The notes under the pieces are model-generated. The model saw nothing but the letters and a program-made list of their open reading frames with translations, ran no database searches and was not told the origin of the DNA. Shown piece by piece: positions 47,342 through 56,087 of a stretch of DNA of 64,000 bases; positions within the stretch are counted from its first letter, which is position 1; each line of letters begins with the position of its first letter. The stretch is from Candidatus Babeliales bacterium (GTDB lineage: Bacteria > Babelota > Babeliae > Babelales > JBFXEV01), in assembly GCA_050179755.1 (NCBI GenBank), contig JBFXEV010000001.1, positions 777,994-841,993 of the forward strand, in the 5' to 3' direction. A program made the translations under genes and the position numbers.

Positions 47342-47698
47342 TTATTTGTTTAGTTTTTCTTGTTGTTGTGCATACTGATTTTTTAAATCCATAAACGTGG
47401 CGTAGTTTGCATCTTGATCGAACTTACCATCATGAGTTTGCTTAGTTACACCAGTTTTAGGATCTTGTGTTGTTCGCGTTACATCGAAGAAACCTTGACT
47501 TCCCTTAGGTTGGGTTTTAAAAAAACAAGCAGCTATTTCACCATTGCCACGTTGCTTTTCTCCAAGGTAATAACATTCATGCAATGCAGACATCTTGCGT
47601 CGAATTGCAGCTTGGTCATCCATAGCATTTGCTGTCTTCATAACCTGCATTACTAAAGCAATCGCAAAAACTGCGAATATATTTTTTACTGTATACAT
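47342..47698 (-). CDS. Small secreted protein, family member 2 (start likely MYTVKN at 47698)
   Basis: Near-identical signal peptide to 46928; ECY...IAAC...F..LK..Y.QQQ. Confidence 0.8.
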   Translation of the reverse strand: MYTVKNIFAVFAIALVMQVMKTANAMDDQAAIRRKMSALHECYYLGEKQRGNGEIAACFFKTQPKGSQGFFDVTRTTQDPKTGVTKQTHDGKFDQDANYATFMDLKNQYAQQQEKLNK

Positions 47699-47973
47699 AA
47701 CATCTCCTTTATGTGGTTTAGAAGCCATTTTTAGCCTATTTTCTTTAATTTTAGTATACCTTAAAATAGCCTGCCAATGCTAGAGTACAGGTTTGGTTCT
47801 CGGGAGGTTTTATGAATCTGGCTTTTATTGCGGCTATTAATAATTTACAGGTTTGTACACCTGCAGAAGGTGGTTTTAAAGTTATCTGGGCAGCAAATGT
47901 TGACATTTCTATGAAAATATATACAATTAGAAATAAATATTATGAATTGTCCTATTATCCAGGAGGTTAGTCC

Positions 47974-49116
47974 ATGAGCGTTTCTAAGCAAATTACCCTC
48001 GTTCTATCTCTGTTCTGTGTAACATTGCCTATTTGTGCTATGCATTCTGATATAGTAAATAAACAACAATTAGATAGGGAATTGCTTGCTGCAGTTAGGT
48101 CAGATTTTGCTGAAGAAGTAAGGGCGTTATTAGAGCGTGGTGCTGATATAGAATGTCGAGATGTACTGAGTGATTGTACCCCTTTGCACATTGCTGCTGA
48201 AAATGGGCATACAAAAACAGTTAAGGAACTTTTATCTAAAGGAGCTTATCTTGAAGCACTAGATGCGCAAGAGAGTGCGACGCCATTGCATAAAGCTGTG
48301 GCAAAAGGTCATATAGAAACAATTAGTGAGCTTTTAGCGGCAGGAGCAAGAACGGAAGCACGCGATATTCTTTTTAGGACGCCTTTGCAGCTAGCTGTTC
48401 TTGGCGATGATGCAGAATCAGTTACATTGCTTTTGTCGCATGGTGCGGATAAAGAAGCAAGGCAAGCGGGTGGTATAACTTCGTTGCATAGTGCTGTCCG
48501 TCGTAATCACAAAGGTGTGCTTAAAGCATTATTAGATGCAGGTGCAGATCGCGGCGCTAAAGATCAATTTCATAGGATACCGTTATGCTTTGCTCTTGAT
48601 TTTGAAGCATCAGGTGACGTAGAAACAATCAGAATGCTTTTGCATCATCCACAATGTTCTATAAAAGGTAGTAAGCAAGCTTCAAGAAAGAGAATATTTG
48701 CTGCGCTTTGCTGCTTTGCCAGAAATCTGGTTCCTCATGATGTTCAATTAAAGTTGTTGTCTTACATGCCTGAAGATACCCTCAATCAAGAACACGCACG
48801 GTTACTATTAAATTGTGAGACAAATATTGAAGAATTGGCAGCATATTGTCCATTGGAATGGTTTGTAGCAATGTATCAAGATAAAAAATATAAGGAAGAA
48901 TTTTTGGAGAAAATAGTTGCTGCTGTTGTTACGCATAGACTGAGCATTGTGAGACATATGGTTGCTGATGCGCAAGTTCAGCGGTTAGTTCAATCGCATA
49001 ATCCAATAGTGCGTGCGTTGCTTGATCCTCACAACGTTGAGCAGCATCGAGAAGCTATTGCAGCTAATGTGCGAACAGCATTTGTGCGTAAAGAAATGAA
49101 TGTGCATGGAAAATAA
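47974..49116 (+). CDS. Secreted ankyrin-repeat protein with F-box-like motif after the repeats
   Basis: TPLHIAAENGH, TPLHKAVAKGH etc.; LVPHDVQLKLLSYMP; upstream TTGACA-N16-TACAAT and RBS aggagg. Confidence 0.92.
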   Translation: MSVSKQITLVLSLFCVTLPICAMHSDIVNKQQLDRELLAAVRSDFAEEVRALLERGADIECRDVLSDCTPLHIAAENGHTKTVKELLSKGAYLEALDAQESATPLHKAVAKGHIETISELLAAGARTEARDILFRTPLQLAVLGDDAESVTLLLSHGADKEARQAGGITSLHSAVRRNHKGVLKALLDAGADRGAKDQFHRIPLCFALDFEASGDVETIRMLLHHPQCSIKGSKQASRKRIFAALCCFARNLVPHDVQLKLLSYMPEDTLNQEHARLLLNCETNIEELAAYCPLEWFVAMYQDKKYKEEFLEKIVAAVVTHRLSIVRHMVADAQVQRLVQSHNPIVRALLDPHNVEQHREAIAANVRTAFVRKEMNVHGK

Positions 49117-50437
49117 AAAAAATAATTGGAAATTAATGACTAAGCTGAAAAAAATTGCCCTTGGTTTGTATACGGCATGTGCCGTTTCGTCTTTACAGTG
49201 TATGGATCTGAAAGAAGCATCAGGTTTTCAAGATGTGCCTACTCTGAATGAGCAACTAATAAAATATATTCTTAAGCATGCAAATCGCTATTCTGGTGCA
49301 GAGATTGCACGTCTGCCAAAAGAAGTAAGTACTTCTCTTTTGCATACATTTGCAACAAATATTTGGGGGGCAATAATGATCAAGCAATTTATTGTCTCTC
49401 AAAACCCACGAGATACTGTTGAGGCGCTTTGGCTAACCTCTTGCATGAAAGATATAAAACATAATAATAAAATTATCGTAGCCCATCGAAACCATACTCT
49501 TTCTATTTGGGATATGGAAGGAAATCAGCTTGGAGCTTGTGTTGGCCACAGAGAGACTGTTAGTTCAGTGTGTGTGACTCAAGATGGTATTATTATTTCA
49601 GGCGCTTGGGATGGAACAATTTGCTTATGGGATATGGAAGGTACTTGTATTGGCGAGTGTACTGGGCATACTGGCCCGGTAATGTCAGTGTGCGTATCTT
49701 GCGATAATAATATTATTTCGGGCTCTCTAGATAAAACTGTGCGTATCTGGAATATGAATGGGAATCTCCTTAAAACGTTGCGAGGACATAAAGCTGGCGT
49801 ACTGTCTGTTTCTTTATCGCAAGATAATAAAATTGTCTCAGGCTCAGAAGATAAAACGGTACGTATATGGAGTAACGACGGTGCTATGATTGCAAAATGT
49901 AAAGGCCATCTCTCGCGAGTCTTGGCTGTGTGCATGACCAATGATAATAAAATTGTTTCGAGTTCAGAAGATGGCCAAGTCCTATTATGGAATATAGAAG
50001 GTAATAGAATTGGTATATGTAAAGGTTTTTTGCATCGCAGGGGCTTTGGGCAGGCACCAGAATGGGTAAGTCATTGTGGCAAAGTTTTTGCGATTGCTGT
50101 AACAAAAGGTAATAAAATTATTACTGGTTCTCAAGACGATGGCATAAAGATATGGGATCCAGATGGAAATCATGTGGCAGCTATTCAAAGGGGCCATACA
50201 GATATCGTGAAAGCAGTTGCTGCTTTGCAAGATACAAAATTTGTTTCAGGATCTTTTGATGGTACGATCTGTATATGGGATATGGATCTTAATTGTTTGG
50301 ATAATATAGATCAGCTACAAGTGTGTGTCGCATGGCATTTTTTGAAAGATTTAACATATAAGTTAACATATAAAAAGATGGATTTAGAAGCTTGCTGGAA
50401 CCAGTTTAAAGCTATTGTTAATCCTATGATGTTTTAA
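49100..50437 (+). CDS. Secreted WD40-repeat protein
   Basis: Regular GH...V.SV...IISGS.D.TVRIW repeats; signal-like segment then MDLK. Confidence 0.93.
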   Translation: MCMENKKNNWKLMTKLKKIALGLYTACAVSSLQCMDLKEASGFQDVPTLNEQLIKYILKHANRYSGAEIARLPKEVSTSLLHTFATNIWGAIMIKQFIVSQNPRDTVEALWLTSCMKDIKHNNKIIVAHRNHTLSIWDMEGNQLGACVGHRETVSSVCVTQDGIIISGAWDGTICLWDMEGTCIGECTGHTGPVMSVCVSCDNNIISGSLDKTVRIWNMNGNLLKTLRGHKAGVLSVSLSQDNKIVSGSEDKTVRIWSNDGAMIAKCKGHLSRVLAVCMTNDNKIVSSSEDGQVLLWNIEGNRIGICKGFLHRRGFGQAPEWVSHCGKVFAIAVTKGNKIITGSQDDGIKIWDPDGNHVAAIQRGHTDIVKAVAALQDTKFVSGSFDGTICIWDMDLNCLDNIDQLQVCVAWHFLKDLTYKLTYKKMDLEACWNQFKAIVNPMMF

Positions 50438-50441
50438 TTAA

Positions 50442-50945
50442 AGAAGCTCTATACATGAATATAGAGCTTCTTTAACATTTTTTACTGCTTTGAACTAAAA
50501 AGCTTAATACTTATTTGTTTAGTTTTTCTTGCTGCTGTGCATACTAATTTTTAAAATCCATAAAAGTGGCGAAATTTGCATCTTGATCAAACTTACCATC
50601 ATGAGTTTGCTTAGTTCAGTTTTAGGATCTTGTACGGTTCACGTTATATCGAAGCAACCTTGCCTGTCCTTAGGTTGAGTTTTAAAAACAAGCAGCTATT
50701 TCATCATTGCCACGCTGCTTATGTCCAAGATAATAACATTCATGCAAAAGCAGACATTTTTCGTCGAATTGCAGCTTGGTCATCCATAGCATTTGCTGAT
50801 AATTTGCATTACGAAAGCAATTGCAAACACTGAAAATACATTTTTTATTGTAGACATAACATCTTCTTTATCTAGTTTACAAGCCATTTTTAATCTATTT
50901 TTTCATTATACCTTAATAGACTGCCAAAGCTAAAGTAAAGACTTG
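50442..50945 (-). pseudogene. Degraded duplicate of the 46890-47795 region (terminator, last codons of 46928 gene, whole 47342 gene at 50511-50857, promoter)
   Basis: High DNA similarity with indels and a CAG>TAG stop. Confidence 0.85.
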
Positions 50946-51044
50946 CCCGGACATATTTATATGTAATATTGCTATTTGTAATGCTCATTTTCTATACTTA
51001 TATAGAGGAGAAAGTCCTTAAGTAACTTATAAAAAGGATCAAAG

Positions 51045-52457
51045 ATGCATTCAATGCGTATACTTGGCATTTCTTTACTCATTTTAATTTTGGGCGGTGT
51101 AGTAGTAAATAAGGCAATGCGCCGGCAAGATTTAGGGGTAAGGCCTGGCCTACGACCTGAATTTACTGGAAAGCCAGGAATTAGGCCCAGTGTAACGCCG
51201 CAAGTGCAAGTTGCCCCAGCTGCCGATGATATAGTTTTGGTTGGGCTGAATGGAGCAAGTTTTAGATTGCCTCTGAGCGCAATGAGACATTCGGGAACAT
51301 TGCAAAGTGAATTTGCGGCTAGTGGCCAATCCTATTATAAGTTCTCAGAAATTAAGGGCGAAACTTTAGAAATTATCATTCATTTACTTATTCAGCTTGA
51401 TCAGTTAATGCAAAAAAAAGAGCATGAGACTGCAGGCATGGATGTTGCATACATACCACGTATATTTCAACGACGTGTTAATCCAATTCTAGAAAAAACA
51501 AGCAATCAAAGTCTTGCAGCGCTTTATAATGCAGCTGATTTTTTTGACATACCTTATATTTCAAATGCTGTTGCTTCGGTAATTGCCGATAGAATATACA
51601 AAGAAATACCTGAACCCAGACTTAGCTCAGAAACTCGCATATGGGATAAAAAAGCAGAAGAGCATAAGCAGATACAACAATTTATCATGCAAAAATTAAA
51701 AGAACATGGTTTTTTATTAATCAATTTAGATTACGTGATGAAGCATATCACCTTTAGAAGGTGCGGTATTATGGTAGAACAGAGCGTGGCAGATTATGTT
51801 TCTACATTTAACATGCCATTGGAACGCGGCATAGGCCCGATAAGCAAGATTGATTTAAGCAAAAAGAAAATTACAAGCTTGTTTGGCTTATCTTCTTTAA
51901 AGCGCAAAAACCAAGTTGAGGAATTAACTTTGGATGGGAATTGTTTCTATGATTTTTCTCTTGACGTTCAAGGAGAAAAGTATCCGTTTAAGGGCTATGA
52001 TGCATTGTTGAGACTTTCAATTTCTGATTGCCATTTGCGCAGTTTGCAGTCTGATATTTTTGAAGGGGCATCAAACATGCGTTATTTATTTTTAGATAGT
52101 AATCAATTTAAAGAACTTCCTCTTGAATTATTTAGACCGCTACCTAAGCTTCGTTATCTTAATCTTCAAGAGAATGAACTTGACTTATTGCACGTTGGTC
52201 AATTTAAGGGGCTAGATGTTTTGAATGATCTTCTTCTTAGATGGAATCGGATTGAATCGCTACCTATTGGCTTATTACATGGTTTAAAGCTGCAACGTCT
52301 TGATCTTTATGGTAATCCTTTAACTCGATTGGAAATTGATGCATTAACGGGAATGCCTGAATTAAAAGTTCTTTATTTGGACATTACTGGTCTTAGTCAT
52401 GACCAACGTGATCAGATAGCCAAACTATTGCCTGGTGTGCAGGTGATAAATTATTAG
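51045..52457 (+). CDS. Secreted Skp1/BTB-like domain + leucine-rich-repeat protein
   Basis: IVLVGLNGASF...SGTLQ...IKGETLEIII...LAALYNAADFFDIP resembles Skp1; C-terminal L..L.L..N.L..LP...F LRRs. Confidence 0.85.
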   Translation: MHSMRILGISLLILILGGVVVNKAMRRQDLGVRPGLRPEFTGKPGIRPSVTPQVQVAPAADDIVLVGLNGASFRLPLSAMRHSGTLQSEFAASGQSYYKFSEIKGETLEIIIHLLIQLDQLMQKKEHETAGMDVAYIPRIFQRRVNPILEKTSNQSLAALYNAADFFDIPYISNAVASVIADRIYKEIPEPRLSSETRIWDKKAEEHKQIQQFIMQKLKEHGFLLINLDYVMKHITFRRCGIMVEQSVADYVSTFNMPLERGIGPISKIDLSKKKITSLFGLSSLKRKNQVEELTLDGNCFYDFSLDVQGEKYPFKGYDALLRLSISDCHLRSLQSDIFEGASNMRYLFLDSNQFKELPLELFRPLPKLRYLNLQENELDLLHVGQFKGLDVLNDLLLRWNRIESLPIGLLHGLKLQRLDLYGNPLTRLEIDALTGMPELKVLYLDITGLSHDQRDQIAKLLPGVQVINY

Positions 52458-52628
52458 TTTGATCATTAAGAATTGGCAACATGACTCACACGGCTAAGCA
52501 AATCGCGGTTTACAATTATACAGAGTACATGTTTGGTAATCTTTACTCATTACCTTCTGATTCTGAATTTGAATTTAAAAACTGCATTAAGGTGCGTTGT
52601 GGCCTAATCACTTTTGCATGCTTCTGCG

Positions 52629-53420
52629 CTATTTGGCATAAATATCTAAATCGTATGTAGTTTTGAATCCAAGCTTTTGGTACATGCTGATTGCTGCAGG
52701 ATTTGCATTGAGCACAACTTTTTCTAGCTTAAGTTCATAGGCGCGATGCATAAGAAATTGAGATATAGCCGATCCCAGTCCTTTTCTTTGATATTCTGGA
52801 AGCACTGCAATGTTCAGTATGAGCCCTGTATTGCCAGAAACAAATAATGTGCCAGCGCCCACAGCTTTTTCATCAACATAAATTATGTAATGCTCTGCAC
52901 TTGAACGGCCAAGCAATATGCCATAGTCATGTGCTGTTTTATCATCTAAACCAAATACGCTCCCAAGAATTCGCGTAAATAAGTCAAATGTCTTTGGCGT
53001 GGTTCGTTTAATTTCAGTCGTTGGCTTTTCAAGTGCTGCAACGTTCCACACCATAAAAGGAATGGTAACAGCCTTTTTAAAATTACGTGTTTCAAGTTCT
53101 TCTTTTAAGACAGTGGCATCTTGGAATTCGTCTATCCAAAAAGATAATGGTTTGCCTTCAGGAGCTATCTTTAAAATGCTCTCTAGATGTGCAGGAATAT
53201 TTTCTTTGTAATGAAAATGCGTGACTGCATTTGATACGGGCATATTGAGGCCAGTAAACCATACAAAAGCTTCTGGCGTGTTAATTTGTGGTGCCGCCAT
53301 TGAGCTGTAATAATATTCAATAAAACGTACAAGATTGTGATCATTATTTTTAGTCTGCATAAGATAATAGATTCCAAGAATTATTAGTATACTAAATATA
53401 CCGAAAGATAGGGTTTTCAT
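52629..53420 (-). CDS. GNAT-family N-acetyltransferase with N-terminal anchor
   Basis: IAVLPEYQRKGLGS, N..A..MYQKLGF. Confidence 0.92.
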   Translation of the reverse strand: MKTLSFGIFSILIILGIYYLMQTKNNDHNLVRFIEYYYSSMAAPQINTPEAFVWFTGLNMPVSNAVTHFHYKENIPAHLESILKIAPEGKPLSFWIDEFQDATVLKEELETRNFKKAVTIPFMVWNVAALEKPTTEIKRTTPKTFDLFTRILGSVFGLDDKTAHDYGILLGRSSAEHYIIYVDEKAVGAGTLFVSGNTGLILNIAVLPEYQRKGLGSAISQFLMHRAYELKLEKVVLNANPAAISMYQKLGFKTTYDLDIYAK

Positions 53421-53493
53421 AAGTTGATGCTCTGCTAGCTTTCATGATAGTGAACTACGTAGGCTCTACAAATAATTAATAGAATAACATAAT

Positions 53494-54138
53494 ATGCATA
53501 CAAAAAAACCAACAATTATAATTTTAAGTGGTATTTCTAGTTCAGGAAAAACAACCACTGCAAAAGCACTTCAAAGCGCGCTTGCCAAACAAAATAATCC
53601 ATATGTGCATCTACCCATTGATGGATTTGTGGGTTTGTTGCCGCCGGAGTGGTGTAATTTTAACGCGAGTGAAGAAATCAAACAAAATCCTGATGGCATA
53701 GTGCTCAATCGAATAGATGATGCTGAAGGGCCTAAAGTTGCTATTGAACTTGGCAAAGTTGGTATGAACTTAGTCATGGCGTATATGCCAGTGATTGCTA
53801 CTATTGCTTCATATGGCACCAATGTGATTATTGATGGTGTTTTTGGAACGCCTTATCTTGGTGAAGCTGCAAAACATTTTAAAGATTTTAAAGTATATTG
53901 CATTGCAGTTCGCTGTCCGCTCGAAATAGTAGAAGAGCGTGAACGCAGCAGAGGGGCAATTGGTGGCTTTATTGGGCTTGCGCGATGGTACACAGAAACC
54001 AGCGATGTGCATACACATGCGCATTATGATTTTTTGGTTGATACAAGCGTATTAACGCCAGAAAAGGCGGCTCAACAAATTGTTGATTTTATAAAGCAAG
54101 AGCATGAGCCACAAGCGCTTAAGAATCTTGCTAGATAA
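53494..54138 (+). CDS. Chloramphenicol phosphotransferase-like P-loop kinase
   Basis: ILSGISSSGKTT, GTNVIID, CPLEIVEERERSRG, GLAR, YDFLVDTS. Confidence 0.85.
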   Translation: MHTKKPTIIILSGISSSGKTTTAKALQSALAKQNNPYVHLPIDGFVGLLPPEWCNFNASEEIKQNPDGIVLNRIDDAEGPKVAIELGKVGMNLVMAYMPVIATIASYGTNVIIDGVFGTPYLGEAAKHFKDFKVYCIAVRCPLEIVEERERSRGAIGGFIGLARWYTETSDVHTHAHYDFLVDTSVLTPEKAAQQIVDFIKQEHEPQALKNLAR

Positions 54139-54155
54139 ACTATGTATCAAAAATT

Positions 54156-54182
54156 GAAGCGGACATTATTGATCCGCTTCAA
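54156..54182. terminator. Terminator hairpin between convergent genes
   Basis: tgaagcgga...tccgcttca. Confidence 0.7.
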
Positions 54183-54193
54183 GATAAAAAGAG

Positions 54194-54586
54194 TTAGTAT
54201 TGAGCTGGTTGCACCATGTAAATGATGTTGCCATATAAATCTACAAAGGTTGCGCTAGTTCCCCATTGCTCTTCTTTTGCATCTTGCAAGAACGTTACAC
54301 CGCTCGCTTTAAATGTTTCTACTGCTGCTTTACAGTCATTTGTTGAAACGCAAAAAAGTGGCTTTTGGATCGCTTGCTTGCCAACGAGCGCTTTTTCTTC
54401 TGGCGTTTCGGCTAGCATTAAGCTAATTTCATAATTTTTGTTTTCTATTGGGTGGATGGTGAGCCATCGCATTGGGCCAAATTGCGCATCAGTATGCACT
54501 TTGAAGCCAAGTTTATTGGTGTAAAAATCAAGAGCTTGGTCTTGGTTTTCCACAAAAACAGTAAGGTGAGTTACGTTTGTGATCAT
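54194..54586 (-). CDS. VOC (glyoxalase/bleomycin-resistance) family protein
   Basis: HLTVFV.NQDQALDFYT.KLGF...WG..ATFVD.YGN. Confidence 0.92.
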   Translation of the reverse strand: MITNVTHLTVFVENQDQALDFYTNKLGFKVHTDAQFGPMRWLTIHPIENKNYEISLMLAETPEEKALVGKQAIQKPLFCVSTNDCKAAVETFKASGVTFLQDAKEEQWGTSATFVDLYGNIIYMVQPAQY

Positions 54587-54657
54587 GCGTGATCCTTTGG
54601 TTTTGAGTTAAGAAGGAATGTTTTTTTGGGTTGGTTGTTGGGAGACTTCGCTTTTAG

Positions 54658-54707
54658 GATTGCTTGTCCGTCTTCGTGTCTTCGCTTACTACGCCGGACA
54701 GTCTTCG
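54658..54707. repeat. tRNA-trailer direct repeat, copy 1
   Basis: gattgcttgtccgtcttcgtgtct(t/a)cgcttactacgccggacagtcttcg, one mismatch versus 59091-59140. Confidence 0.85.
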
Positions 54708-54795
54708 TTCTTTCCATAGTAGCTTATTTTATTAATAAAATATTTTCCTTTGAAGAAAATGGCGAAGCCAGGCGTAGTTCCGTAGGAACGAAGAC

Positions 54796-54883
54796 TGGAG
54801 GAGAGAGTGGGATTCGAACCCACGAGCCCTCTCGGGCTAACGGTTTTCAAGACCGCCGCAATCGACCACTCTGCCATCTCTCC
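54796..54883 (-). tRNA. tRNA-Ser (TGA)
   Basis: GGAGAGATGGCAGAGTGG...CTTGAAA...long variable arm...GGTTCGAATCC...CCA. Confidence 0.96.
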
Positions 54884-54957
54884 GCTGAGTGAATCATATA
54901 AGAATATAACCTAAATTGAGGCTTTTTCAACTAGTTTTGGCCAAACAGGTATATTTT

Positions 54958-55165
54958 TACTCGGTGGCAAGAGACCGTAAAATCAAAGCAGTTTTTCATG
55001 CTTTTGCATAATACCCAATAAAAAGTCATTGGTGCCAGCATCGTTAAAGGTAAGAGACTAAGCTGCATCAGCCCTTACTTGGCGAATAATGGCTTCATGA
55101 TTGGGTTTTGGCCTGGAGTTTCAATGAGCGCCGCATGTTTTACAATTTCAGTGAGCGTGCCCAGT
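54958..55165 (-). pseudogene. Remnant of a second dps gene (C-terminal half)
   Basis: Minus-strand fragments LGTLTEIVKHAALIETPG, HEAIIRQVR, DAGTNDFLLGIMQKHEK, ILRSL, with stop and frameshifts. Confidence 0.7.
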
Positions 55166-55225
55166 GCTTCGTGGTCAAGATAGTATATTTATTACTTTAA
55201 ATATTCTTTTCAAATTTTCAGTAAT

Positions 55226-55789
55226 TTACTTGGCAAGTAAGGCTTTTAGCATCCACGCTGTCTTTTCATACTGGAATACTAAGTCGGTTAAAAAGTTATT
55301 AGTTGCAGAGTCACCTTGCTCTTGGGCAAAAAGTAAATCTGTTTTTAATTGCGCTATGAGTATTTGGTAATCATGCAATAGACTTGCAATCATTTCTTGC
55401 TCATTAGGATTATTGTTTGGATTTTCAGTAAGTGTAGCTTGTGATTTAAACTCCTGCAGTGTGCTTGCCACCTTCGCATCAAGTGCACGAATGCGCTCAG
55501 CAATTAAATCAATGTTTTTTTGTTGCGCAGCATATAATGTGCCAAAGAAAGCATGGAGATCGTTAAAATGTTTGCCTTCTACATTCCAATGATATTTTTG
55601 CGTTTTTGTGTAGAGCACATAATGGTTTGCAAGAATGCGTTGCAAACGATCAACCATAGTGGTCAGTTGTGCAGTCTCACTCTTTTCAATAGGCTCAGAA
55701 AGAGCATTTTGAGCTTCTTGGGCACTTAATGGGGCTGCAATAAAAAGAAACAGGGTTGTCAGGGCAAGTATTTTATGTGAATTATTCAT
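55226..55789 (-). CDS. dps: Dps ferritin-like protein with N-terminal signal peptide
   Basis: KTQKYHWNVEG.HF..LH, D.IAERIRAL, EK.AWML; hydrophobic leader ending PLSA. Confidence 0.93.
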   Translation of the reverse strand: MNNSHKILALTTLFLFIAAPLSAQEAQNALSEPIEKSETAQLTTMVDRLQRILANHYVLYTKTQKYHWNVEGKHFNDLHAFFGTLYAAQQKNIDLIAERIRALDAKVASTLQEFKSQATLTENPNNNPNEQEMIASLLHDYQILIAQLKTDLLFAQEQGDSATNNFLTDLVFQYEKTAWMLKALLAK

Positions 55790-55979
55790 AATTTTTCCTT
55801 TTTTTTGATTGGTGAACCGGAACTACCGGATTATTACCTTCTCTGTATTAGTATAACGTATGAGAATGTTGATCTGCAAGGGTTTTTGCTATTTTTAATA
55901 AAGATAGGTCTTTGGCCAGAGTAAAATAGGGGGCAGGGAAAGGAATAGAAGTAGGTCACATTCAAGATAGCATGTAATC

Positions 55980-56028
55980 AATATATACAAAACAGTACTT
56001 TACATTGTTATATCATTGTATATATTAT
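55980..56028 (+). promoter_or_regulatory. 11-bp inverted repeat overlapping a putative promoter of the AbrB-like gene
   Basis: aatatatacaa (55980-55990) / ttgtatatatt (56016-56026); TTTACA-N18-TATTAT. Confidence 0.5.
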
Positions 56029-56087
56029 GTTAAGTCGACAAAGTGGCAATAGTTCAAAAATTAGATAAAACAACTAGGATTCTCCTC

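Noticed and set aside
50630..50833. 67-aa + strand ORF
   Set aside because: Antisense shadow of the pseudogene copy of 47342.
54626..54892. ORFs of 88 and 62 aa overlapping tRNA-Ser
   Set aside because: They are translations of the tRNA and REP sequence.
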